A program made the position numbers and the translations under genes. This document shows, in pieces, positions 1-8,035 of a DNA stretch of 24,043 bases. Under the pieces are notes generated by a model. The model ran no database searches, was not told the DNA's origin, and worked only from the letters and a program-made list of their open reading frames with translations. Source of the stretch: Planctomycetota bacterium (GTDB lineage: Bacteria; Planctomycetota; SZUA-567; H5-PLA8); the NCBI GenBank assembly GCA_045863855.1, contig BTVV01000097.1:1-24043 (forward strand). The letters run 5' to 3'. Each line of letters begins with the position of its first letter. Positions within the stretch are counted from its first letter, which is position 1.

Positions 1-965
1 CCCGCACCGGCATTCTCGATAGGCGCCGCCAATTCCTGATTTGAGGCCATGAGCACGGGCAGTCCTAGCGCAAGATGGAGAGGGGTTCTCGCCGTGACCG
101 CCAGATCGCGTTCCACATTGCTCTGCATCCATTCCACCGAGACCGACAGTTCGCTCAAGCGCCGCTTCAGCGCGCCAAAAGGAAGGTGCCCACTCCGGGA
201 AGACCGGGGTGAGGCCGCAATGAGATTTTGAAGCCGCTCAAATCGCTGTTCTAGAGCCCGATTGGGTTGCAGCAAGCCGCCAATCCAGGTGAATGAACCG
301 GATTTCGCGGCATCAATTCGACTTAAAATCGCTTCAATAGCCACCTCGGGATTCAACCAAGGATAAAACCCCCCTGCATAAACGAAGGACACTTGAGTAG
401 GATAATCGCGTGGCTCCACCCATGCCGGATCAATGCCAAATGGCATTACGGCCATAGGCACCTCATCATGCAGTCCTACCTGAGCAAGCGCCAAGGCCTG
501 CCGAAAGTACCATTGCTGGCGTTCGCCGGCGCATAGGAAATAGTCGGCATGGGAAAGCACCGCAAGCTTTCGCTGCAATAGATTGGCAAGAGCATCCGGG
601 TCGGTTCCGTAGTGCAGGGCTGACTCTACGACAAGCGGCCCGCATAGATCCAAAACAGTAGGGCAATCGGGCCACCAGTTTCCCTGCAAGGTCTGCCAAT
701 TTGAGGCAAAGATTACCACATCGGGATTGCATTCCCGATAAATGACTTCCTGCGGGCGAGCCACAAAACACAGCCGCAGCATTTCGGGCGTAAACAAGTG
801 TGCAAACGGTTTATAGGCCTGCGCTCCGAACGGGCAGGAAACGAAAACCTCATGACTTTGAGCTTCTAGCGCACGACACATTTGCAGAGCACGCATTCCG
901 CCGCTGGTCGTAGGAACCTCGACAAACGGGATCACGCCCGCAGAAAAGATCAGAATGCGCGCCAT
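1..965 (-). CDS. Glycosyltransferase, GT4-like (GT-B fold); 3' end runs off the window
   Basis: Hand-translated because it is absent from the ORF track (no stop in the window). ATG at 965 with AGGAG upstream (977-981), open for 321 codons: MARILIFSAGVIPFVEVPTTSGGMRALQMCRALEAQSHEV...ADYFLCAGERQ...FVYAGGFYPWLNP...NVERDLAVTARTPLHLALGLPVL. Both the N-terminal G-x-R...L...HEV and the C-terminal GLPV motifs are typical of GT4. Confidence 0.85.
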   Translation of the reverse strand, partial: MARILIFSAGVIPFVEVPTTSGGMRALQMCRALEAQSHEVFVSCPFGAQAYKPFAHLFTPEMLRLCFVARPQEVIYRECNPDVVIFASNWQTLQGNWWPDCPTVLDLCGPLVVESALHYGTDPDALANLLQRKLAVLSHADYFLCAGERQQWYFRQALALAQVGLHDEVPMAVMPFGIDPAWVEPRDYPTQVSFVYAGGFYPWLNPEVAIEAILSRIDAAKSGSFTWIGGLLQPNRALEQRFERLQNLIAASPRSSRSGHLPFGALKRRLSELSVSVEWMQSNVERDLAVTARTPLHLALGLPVLMASNQELAAPIENAGA

Positions 966-1008
966 CCGAAAATATACTCCTAATAGGAAGTCTAATCCAA
1001 ATTCCGAT

Positions 1009-2136
1009 TTAGCGCTTCCGTCCCAGTAGGGTTCGCCTCAACCACAACAGGGCGTTCACGGGAAAAGTACATGCCAATCGATGGTAATTCGACTTCCAAA
1101 GATTGGATTCCGTCTCGAGCGCCCTAATTTGATCCAGCATTTCAACGTGAATGCTGTTCCCAATTGGTGTGCTCTCGGGAGGCTTTGCATTGCTGAGGGT
1201 TTTCGGGTCCACGGGCGCTTCGCCTTTGCAAAGTCGCTCCATAATTGCCGCGAGCCGCTTACCGGCATCGCCTTCGGTATAGAGAGCATCCGTCAACGCG
1301 GCCGCCTGAAAAGCCATTCGTTCTCGAGGCGGATTCAGCAATTCATCTAGCACCCCGATTATGTGGTCCTTACTCGCGATCCACCAAGCAAACGAAGTGA
1401 AGCTGGGCTTTAGCTGATAATCCAGACAAGCCGTCGGAATTCCCAGAGCCATGGCTTCGACCAGTACCGTTGTAGGCGGCCCTATGACGGCATGCGCTTG
1501 CGCAAATTGATCGTAAAGAGGTCCCGACCAAGCGGAAACCACGCCCAGCTTTTCGGCGAGATCGGGCTGAATGCGAAACTCGACGTCTAACTTGGGTGTG
1601 GAACCGAGAGCCTGGATAAGGTCGGCCAGTGCGACCTCGACGGCTTCGCCGTGCTGCGCATTCAACGCCCATACATTGGGCGTAACAACCAGGACGCGGG
1701 GGCGTGTCGCGGGCTTTCGAACGAAGTTGCGTCGACTTTCGTCGACTCGAGGCAGTCCTAGGGGAATGACCCGGTCTTCATAGCCCCAGCTTGCCAATAC
1801 CCTCGCGGCAGCAGGGCCCGGAGCGGTAATCCATCGGCTCGCCAACGGATGCAAGAAAGCGCGCCCCGGCCAACTCACCTCATTTTCGAAGGTATGTCTC
1901 CATTCAAGTATGCCGTCCAATACGTAAAGCGTTGGAATGCCCAGTCGATTGGCTTCGCAAACGCATGCGGTACGCTCATCAATCTCGGCCGTCGTTACGA
2001 CCAAGTTTGGCTGAACTTCAGCAATCGAACTAACTTGGTTTTCCTTCGAGATGACGACCTCTGCCCGCACACGTTCCAACGCTTGTCCGAAAAAGTGAAT
2101 AACCTCCTTCTGTGGCTTGAGCACCAATACTCGCAT
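1009..2136 (-). CDS. GT-B fold surface-polysaccharide biosynthesis protein (resembles capsule/nonulosonate or polyol-phosphate transferases), 375 aa
   Basis: Start placed at ATG 2136 (MRVLVLKP) behind a GAGGA SD that overlaps the upstream TGA. Motifs LGIPTLYVLDG, LGLPRVD and TTVLVEAMALGIPT; short C-terminal coil plus an amphipathic basic helix; lies in a wzm/wzt operon. Confidence 0.65.
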   Translation of the reverse strand: MRVLVLKPQKEVIHFFGQALERVRAEVVISKENQVSSIAEVQPNLVVTTAEIDERTACVCEANRLGIPTLYVLDGILEWRHTFENEVSWPGRAFLHPLASRWITAPGPAAARVLASWGYEDRVIPLGLPRVDESRRNFVRKPATRPRVLVVTPNVWALNAQHGEAVEVALADLIQALGSTPKLDVEFRIQPDLAEKLGVVSAWSGPLYDQFAQAHAVIGPPTTVLVEAMALGIPTACLDYQLKPSFTSFAWWIASKDHIIGVLDELLNPPRERMAFQAAALTDALYTEGDAGKRLAAIMERLCKGEAPVDPKTLSNAKPPESTPIGNSIHVEMLDQIRALETESNLWKSNYHRLACTFPVNALLWLRRTLLGRKR

Positions 2137-2146
2137 AACAGCTTCC

Positions 2147-2899
2147 TCAACCAATCCGCGGTTCGCGACAAACAACTATAAAGCACTCCGCCAGCGTTTG
2201 GTTTTCCTCGGTCGTGGGCCAAATTCCGGCAGGCTGACCGTGGTTGTAGGTCCAGTCGGTTCCCGAATTCTGGTTGTAACACTCAACATGGCCAAAGTAT
2301 TTGTTTAGTCGGTCGAGTAGAATTTTCATCGAATAAGTACGTACGTGATGAGGGCTGACTTCCAGGGGCCACTCGTTGGGCGTCGAGATTACCGCCCGTC
2401 CTTCGGGCTTGAGCGCCCCGGCAAACCTACTCAACATAGCTTCATCGTCAGGAACGTGCTCGATGGTCTCGAAACTTACGATCAGGTCGAATGCGCCAGA
2501 TGCAAAAGGCAAATGGATCGCATCGCCACAGAGATAGTAGGTCTGCTTGCTTCCATGGTATCTGCGCGCATAGGCCAGAACCGAGGGTTCGCGATCCAAT
2601 CCCAAAACCCTAGCCGCGCCGGCCTTGACCAGTCGAGAGGCGCCGTAGCCGGTACCGCAGGCGCAGTCCAGGACCTGTGCGCCGGGCGCCCAGCGCGACG
2701 CGAACTCGTAGCGCGCCAAATGGAAGTCCCGCCGCCGGGAGTCGAACCATGGGAACGACGCGTCCATGCGCTCCTTGGCATTGGTCCGCAACCAGGCAAA
2801 ATCCTTTTCGCGTATACCGTATTGCCAGGCCATCCATCGAAGCCGAACCGCGGCACGCCCACGCCGCAAGAGACTTCGAATGCTTTGGATCGGATTCAT
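2147..2899 (-). CDS. Class I SAM-dependent methyltransferase (Methyltransf_11-like, polysaccharide-locus type), 250 aa
   Basis: HLARYEFA, motif I VLDCACGTGYG, FDLIVSFETIEHV, LKPEGRAVISTPN. Start at ATG 2899, which forms an ATGA overlap with the upstream stop. Confidence 0.9.
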   Translation of the reverse strand: MNPIQSIRSLLRRGRAAVRLRWMAWQYGIREKDFAWLRTNAKERMDASFPWFDSRRRDFHLARYEFASRWAPGAQVLDCACGTGYGASRLVKAGAARVLGLDREPSVLAYARRYHGSKQTYYLCGDAIHLPFASGAFDLIVSFETIEHVPDDEAMLSRFAGALKPEGRAVISTPNEWPLEVSPHHVRTYSMKILLDRLNKYFGHVECYNQNSGTDWTYNHGQPAGIWPTTEENQTLAECFIVVCREPRIG

Positions 2900-3591
2900 A
2901 GGCGCACAATGCCCAGTCCGTACTGGTGAAAGCGCTGATCCGTGCGATGGGTGCACCTCAACTCGTCGAACAGACGCCCGACTTCCACGTCTGGATACTC
3001 CGGCGCCCGAATCAAATCGTGAAACCCGACCAGCCCGCCGATCCGCACCAAAGGGCTGTACATTCGCCAATCCTGCGAGACACCCTCGTAGGTGTGGTCG
3101 CCGTCTAGAAATAGGGCGTCGAAGGGATCGCCGCCAGAAGCCTTGTGCACTTCATCCAAGGTCGAATTCAAGTGCGAGTCTCCCGTGATGGCGTGAAAAC
3201 TGAATCCGCGCGCGCGTAGGAGTCCGGCGATCGTTTGTAAGTTCCTTTGACTCTCCGGATAGCCCCATCGCGCGGCTGGGAGGTCTACCGAGACGATCAG
3301 GCTGCCCGGCGGCAGGTACGCCGCGACCACGAAGAGGGAGGCTCCGTCTCGCGATCCAATTTCAAGGTAGCGGCTAGCTCGGATGGCGCTCAGATTGCGG
3401 CAGAACCACCGGAACTCAAAGTCGTCCTGTGGAAGGCGAATCTCCATTCGGGAAAGATCCCAGCGCGCCCGGCTGTAAGGATCGAAAAAACGCATGAGCG
3501 CGTGCGGATCGATGCGCTTGCGCAACCCCGCGGCCAGCCTGCTCAACAGGCCCCGTGAAGAGGGAGGCGTGGGACCGCTCGATAAATTCAT
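2896..3591 (-). CDS. Class I SAM-dependent methyltransferase (Methyltransf_24-like), 231 aa
   Basis: YLEIGSRDGAS, GDSH, FDALFLDGDHTYEGV..D and GGLVGFHD motifs; ATGA overlap with the wzt stop at 3588-3591. Confidence 0.88.
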   Translation of the reverse strand: MNLSSGPTPPSSRGLLSRLAAGLRKRIDPHALMRFFDPYSRARWDLSRMEIRLPQDDFEFRWFCRNLSAIRASRYLEIGSRDGASLFVVAAYLPPGSLIVSVDLPAARWGYPESQRNLQTIAGLLRARGFSFHAITGDSHLNSTLDEVHKASGGDPFDALFLDGDHTYEGVSQDWRMYSPLVRIGGLVGFHDLIRAPEYPDVEVGRLFDELRCTHRTDQRFHQYGLGIVRL

Positions 3592-4892
3592 CGCGGCTCC
3601 TCCTTGGCATCCGTCGGCCCGCTCTGATAAGGCATCGTCGGGGTTACGGTTTCCCAGCGATGCTCGAATGCCAACGTACCATTCAAGCCAAAGCCGAAGG
3701 CGTCTGTCGGTGGGCCGTCCACCCTGAACGTCGCCGCGGGCAAACGATGATCCAGGTGTTCGCCTCGCTTCGGTCCTTCAAGTCCAAGGTGCAGGTGGTA
3801 GGCGCCTACTAGCATTGGAAGCCGGGGAAGTAACAGGCGCACCAAAGTGCCTGGTGGAGTGAGTTCAAACTCGAAGCCAGTATGAGGGGTGCCAAAGCTT
3901 CCCATAATGCCCAGCAACGAAGATTCAAGCTGCCCGATCAAGCGCGCACCCGGGACGGGGCGCTCGGTGGCAAGAGCGATTTCTGCAACCAATGTCTCGC
4001 CCGTTTTGAACCTGTCGCAGAGCGTACCCTCGGCATTACAGAGTCGGACCGACTCGATCCGGCAGCCCATGGCGTTCGCTGGCTTGGACTGAACCTCTCG
4101 AGCAAGTTGGAGAGCTTCGTGCAAACTTGCGCCTTCGAACAAATCGCCATCGTGGATGGTATGACTCTTTTCCAGGACTAGAACACGCTGGGTCATGCGC
4201 GAGAGCAACTGAACGGCATGCGTGACAAGCACGATGCTCGTGCCGGTGCTCATAAGGTCGAGCAGTTTCCGGTAGCATTTCATGCGAAAATTAAGATCCC
4301 CCACCGCCAGGACTTCGTCGATCAGCAGAAGGTCGGGCTCGGTGTGGGCGGCGACGGCAAATGCCAGGCGGACGTACATGCCGCTGGAGTAAAAGCGCAC
4401 GGGGGTGTCGAGGAAGTCGCCGATTTCGGCGAAGGCCACGATGGAATCGAAGCGTTGATCGATCTCGCGTCGGCTCAGGCCCAGCAGCGCGCCGTTGACA
4501 TAGACGTTTTCGCGACCGGTCAAATCGGGATGAAAGCCCGCGCCGAGTTCGATAAGCGCGCCGACGCGCCCGCGGACTTCGACGCGCCCGCGCGTGGGTT
4601 CGACGATGCCGGACAGAATTTTCAGGAGCGTCGACTTGCCCGCTCCGTTGGCGCCGATCACGCCGAGGCATTCGCCGGGGCGCAGTTCGAAATTCACATC
4701 CGCCAGCGACCAGAATTCGCCGGCGCGCAGTTCGTCGGCGGCGGGCATGCCCACGGCGCCGCGCGCCAAGTCGAGGCCGAGGTTCCAGACGCCTTGGCGG
4801 AGCGAACGGTTGTACTTCTTCCACAGGCCCTCCACGCGCAGCACGGGGGGCGCGGCGGTCGAGCGCGGCGAGGCGGCGGATGTGGCGTTCAT
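3588..4892 (-). CDS. wzt: Polysaccharide ABC exporter ATP-binding subunit with C-terminal Wzt_C-like domain, 434 aa
   Basis: Walker A GANGAGKST, GFHPDLTGRENV, signature YSSGMYVRLAFA, Walker B LLLIDEVLAVGD, H-loop VTH, then a ~150 aa beta-rich tail (F.TGE.L...LLLPRLPMLVGAYHL). True start is ATG 4892 (ATGA overlap with the wzm stop); the first 308 codons of the 742 aa track ORF are a shadow over wzm. Confidence 0.93.
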   Translation of the reverse strand: MNATSAASPRSTAAPPVLRVEGLWKKYNRSLRQGVWNLGLDLARGAVGMPAADELRAGEFWSLADVNFELRPGECLGVIGANGAGKSTLLKILSGIVEPTRGRVEVRGRVGALIELGAGFHPDLTGRENVYVNGALLGLSRREIDQRFDSIVAFAEIGDFLDTPVRFYSSGMYVRLAFAVAAHTEPDLLLIDEVLAVGDLNFRMKCYRKLLDLMSTGTSIVLVTHAVQLLSRMTQRVLVLEKSHTIHDGDLFEGASLHEALQLAREVQSKPANAMGCRIESVRLCNAEGTLCDRFKTGETLVAEIALATERPVPGARLIGQLESSLLGIMGSFGTPHTGFEFELTPPGTLVRLLLPRLPMLVGAYHLHLGLEGPKRGEHLDHRLPAATFRVDGPPTDAFGFGLNGTLAFEHRWETVTPTMPYQSGPTDAKEEPR

Positions 4893-5740
4893 GCGTACTC
4901 CGGCACGCGGGTCATGAGCACTCGAAAGAAGCGCCACGCGGCGAAGAGAAGCAGCAGCGCGCCGAGGGTCCAGAGCGCCCAGCGCAGCGGATCGTGCGGC
5001 ACTCCGGCAAAGGCCAGTGCGCGCAGCTCGTTCAGCGCCGCGGCCACGGGATTCAGCGCATCCAGCAGCGCCCAGGCTCCGGTATCGGGCAATGCGTAGA
5101 GCACCGGCGTCAAGAACAGACAGGGGAGCAGCACGATCGGCAGCGCTTGAATCACGTCGCGCACGGGCAACGCCACCACCGAGAGCAGCAGGCCCAGTCC
5201 GATCCCCGCGCAGACGAGCGGGAGCAACGCCAGCGGCGCAAGCAGAATCGCCGCGTGCGGCGCGTAGCCGTACCAGATGAAGAGTCCGATCAGCGCGGGC
5301 AGCCCGCAGAGCCAGTCGAAGCCCGCGCGCGCACAGCCGCTCAGCACGAGTACTTCTCGCGGAAACGCGACTTTCGCGACGAGGTTCGAGGCGCCGACGA
5401 GGCTGCCCGAAGCGTGCGTGACCATGTTCGCAAAGAGATTCCAATGCAGAATGCCGAGGTACACGTAAAGCGGGTACGGCGCGCCTTCGTCCGTCGAGCG
5501 CAAAAGTCCGGAACCGCGCAGATAGACGAAAACCGCAGCCATGCCGAGCGGCTGCAGCATGCTCCAGAACAAACCCAGGAAAGCGACGCGCGTGCGCAGG
5601 CGGACGTCGCGCCAGACGAAGCGGGCGAGGAGTTCGCGCGCGCCCCAAAGTTCGCGAACCATTTCGGCGTATGCGGCGATCCCCAGGCCGCGCTGGCGGT
5701 CGGGCGTGTAGACGCGGACGGTGGCCGGAGCGCCGCTCAT
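4889..5740 (-). CDS. wzm: Polysaccharide ABC exporter permease (ABC-2 type), 283 aa
   Basis: ELW..RELL..FVWRD...R, LGLFWSMLQPL, LV.KV.FPRE, RDV.Q, LTPVLY and LNP motifs; about 6 hydrophobic segments; adjacent to wzt. Confidence 0.92.
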   Translation of the reverse strand: MSGAPATVRVYTPDRQRGLGIAAYAEMVRELWGARELLARFVWRDVRLRTRVAFLGLFWSMLQPLGMAAVFVYLRGSGLLRSTDEGAPYPLYVYLGILHWNLFANMVTHASGSLVGASNLVAKVAFPREVLVLSGCARAGFDWLCGLPALIGLFIWYGYAPHAAILLAPLALLPLVCAGIGLGLLLSVVALPVRDVIQALPIVLLPCLFLTPVLYALPDTGAWALLDALNPVAAALNELRALAFAGVPHDPLRWALWTLGALLLLFAAWRFFRVLMTRVPEYA

Positions 5741-6375
5741 GCGCCGTCCTTTCGCGCCGGCCGGGTCGCTCGAGCCGGAGCGCGCGCAACGCCGGGGGCG
5801 AAGAGGTTGACCACACGCCCCTTGGTGGCGAGGAGCTTCAGCAGGATTGCGTCGTCCTTTCGCGCGTGCTTGACGAAGAGGATCGCGTCGAACTTGAGCC
5901 GGTCGAGCGCGTCGATGCCGACGACGGTGCGGTCGAGGAAAGCCTGGCCCTGCGCGTCTTCGTCGGCGACGGCCACGAGCTGCTGGCGGTTCTCGCCGAG
6001 CGACATGGCGGCGACTTCGGCCAGCGGGTCGGCTCCGTAGAGGACCACGCGCCGCGCCTTGTGCTTGAGCGCCAGCGCGTGCAGCGTGTTCGAGGCGTTC
6101 TTATGCGCTTCGCGAAAGAGGCGATAGGAGCTGGCGACGAAGTCGTAGGAAAGCTGCGCCTTCTCGGACATGCCCTTAGGGGTGAGCCAATAGAGCATCC
6201 GTTTGGGCGGGGCGGTGGTGAGTTTGATCCAGCCCTTTCGCGCGAGGCGCTTGAGGTAAAGGTTGACCAGACCCTGGGCCATGCCGAGGCGCAGGAACAG
6301 ATCGCGCTGCGTGAGCCCCTCTTCTTCGGAGAGGAGCTGGACAATCTGGAGTTCCTTGAGGTCCTGATTTCGCAT
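5737..6375 (-). CDS. EPS-associated MarR-type winged-helix regulator with a C-terminal Rossmann-like domain
   Basis: LTQRDLFLRLGMAQGLVNLYLKRLARKGWIK...YWLTPKGMSEKAQL matches the pattern of MarR-like regulators found at the head of polysaccharide loci; C-terminal RVVLYGADPLAE. ATG 6375 preferred; TTG 6402 is an alternative start. Confidence 0.85.
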   Translation of the reverse strand: MRNQDLKELQIVQLLSEEEGLTQRDLFLRLGMAQGLVNLYLKRLARKGWIKLTTAPPKRMLYWLTPKGMSEKAQLSYDFVASSYRLFREAHKNASNTLHALALKHKARRVVLYGADPLAEVAAMSLGENRQQLVAVADEDAQGQAFLDRTVVGIDALDRLKFDAILFVKHARKDDAILLKLLATKGRVVNLFAPGVARAPARATRPARKDGA

Positions 6376-6382
6376 GCGATCT

Positions 6383-6449
6383 CGTTCAACCGTAATCTTC
6401 AAGGATTACGTTCAATAGTTGAATATAACTCGCCGAATCTTCCGGTCAA
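6383..6449 (-). promoter_or_regulatory. Putative sigma70 promoter with an overlapping palindromic operator for the polysaccharide operon
   Basis: Minus strand TTGACC (6449-6444), 16 bp spacer, TATATT (6427-6422). Palindrome TTCAA-tag-TTGAA at 6411-6423 overlaps the -10/start region. A second inverted repeat CGTAATC-N6-GATTACG lies at 6391-6410. Confidence 0.6.
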
Positions 6450-6484
6450 GATCTATCCGGGCGTCGCTCCGTGTGCCGGGAAAA

Positions 6485-7897
6485 TCAGCGCGGGGCGTCG
6501 CGGAAAAAGATCCGCAGCGGGACTTCTTCGATGCCCAGTTTCTCACCCAGGCTGCGCGCCAGGTAGCGCTTGTACTTGTCGTCGATAACCGACGTATGGC
6601 GTCCGTAAATCACGAACGTGGAGGGGCCCTTGGCGACCTGCACGCCGTAGAGCAAGCGGGGCTTCTTGTTCTTCTTGGCGGGCGGTTCGTGCCAGCGCTC
6701 GGCCTCTTCGATCGCTTTATTCAGTTTAGGCGTGGGGATGTCGGCGTGCGCCTGATCGTAAAGATCGAGCGCCACGTCGAGGGTCTGCCAGCAGCGCCGG
6801 CCCATTTGCGCGCTGGTGAATGCCAGCGGCGTATGCTTCAACGAAGGCAAGATCGATTCGATGTACTTCACGTAGGCGCCGGTGGTGGCGTCGTCGGTGG
6901 CGAGGTCCCACTTGTTCACCACGATCATCAGGGACTTGTAGAGTTCGACGATCATGTCGAGCGTTTTGCGGTCGGTGACGCCGAATCCGTCGGGAGCCGA
7001 GACCATCAGCATCACGACGTCGGCCCGGCGGATCGCGCGTTCGGTGCGCACCTGGCTGAAGAATTCCACCGGCCCTTCGGGCTCTTTCATGCGCCGCAGG
7101 CCGGCGGTATCGATGAGCACGAACGGACGGTTGTCCTTGTGCAGCAGCAGGTCGATGCTGTCGCGCGTGGTGCCGGCGATCTCGCTGACGATCGTGCGGT
7201 CCTGCCGCGCGAGCGCGTTCACGAACGAACTCTTGCCCACGTTGCGCCGCCCGACGACGGCGATCTTGGGCAGGCCTTCCCAGTCGGTCAGCGGTGCGTC
7301 GGGGTCGCTGACCGGCAGCATCGCGGCCAGCGCTTCCTCGAGTTCCTCCAGGCCGCGCCGGTGCAGCGCCGAAGTGGCGATGACGGGCTCGATGCCCAGC
7401 GCGCTGAATTCGCCGACGGTGAGCGCCGCTTCCTTGCCTTCGGCTTTGTTGGCGACCATCAGCATCGGCCGGCCCAGCGCGCGCAGGCGCGTGGCGACCT
7501 GCCGGTCGAGCGGCGTCAGGCCTTCTTTCGCGTCCACCACCAGCGCCAGGATCGTCGCGGAGGCGACGGCCGCCTGGATCTGCTGTTCGATGTGTTCGGT
7601 GAGGTTCTGTTCGTCGACGATCCCGATGCCGCCGGTGTCGAGGAGGTCGCAGGCTTTTTCCATCAGTTTGATGGGATGCAGCACACGGTCGCGCGTGGTG
7701 CCGGCGCGCGCGTCGGTGATGGAGACTTCGCGCCCCAGCAGTGCGTTGAAGAGGCTGGATTTGCCGACGTTCGGACGCCCCACCAGCGCGACGGTAGGGT
7801 ACAGGCGTTCCAGCATCCCGGGCTTGGGCGGCAAGATCAACTTCCGGGACGCCGACGCCTCGGGTTCGGGGGGCTGCTCCAACGATGGGGATTTCAT
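6485..7897 (-). CDS. der: Ribosome biogenesis GTPase Der (EngA), 470 aa
   Basis: Two tandem G domains: GRPNVGKSS/GTTRD/DTGG/NKAE and GRRNVGKSS/GTTRD/DTAG/NKWD; C-terminal KH-like domain ending VPLRIFFR. A GGAGG SD upstream supports ATG 7897. Confidence 0.97.
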   Translation of the reverse strand: MKSPSLEQPPEPEASASRKLILPPKPGMLERLYPTVALVGRPNVGKSSLFNALLGREVSITDARAGTTRDRVLHPIKLMEKACDLLDTGGIGIVDEQNLTEHIEQQIQAAVASATILALVVDAKEGLTPLDRQVATRLRALGRPMLMVANKAEGKEAALTVGEFSALGIEPVIATSALHRRGLEELEEALAAMLPVSDPDAPLTDWEGLPKIAVVGRRNVGKSSFVNALARQDRTIVSEIAGTTRDSIDLLLHKDNRPFVLIDTAGLRRMKEPEGPVEFFSQVRTERAIRRADVVMLMVSAPDGFGVTDRKTLDMIVELYKSLMIVVNKWDLATDDATTGAYVKYIESILPSLKHTPLAFTSAQMGRRCWQTLDVALDLYDQAHADIPTPKLNKAIEEAERWHEPPAKKNKKPRLLYGVQVAKGPSTFVIYGRHTSVIDDKYKRYLARSLGEKLGIEEVPLRIFFRDAPR

Positions 7898-7908
7898 GAC
7901 GGCGAATG

Positions 7909-7926
7909 CCTCCGGCCACTATTGTA
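7909..7926 (-). promoter_or_regulatory. Putative -10 box (TACAAT) and SD (GGAGG) for der
   Basis: Minus strand reads TACAAT-agtggcc-GGAGG-cattcgccgtc-ATG; no convincing -35. Confidence 0.45.
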
Positions 7927-8035
7927 GGCGAAAGAGGGCGCTTCGGCTACTCACCCCCCGCGACTTCCGATTCGGTCAAGCTTTCCCGGGCCGCGGACGA
8001 TACTTCAGGACAATCGGCCGCTCTGTGGGGGAAGC

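Noticed and set aside
4893..5816. Apparent 308 aa N-terminal extension of Wzt (742 aa ORF)
   Set aside because: Arg-rich alternative frame over wzm; the ATGA overlap at 4889-4892 gives the real start.
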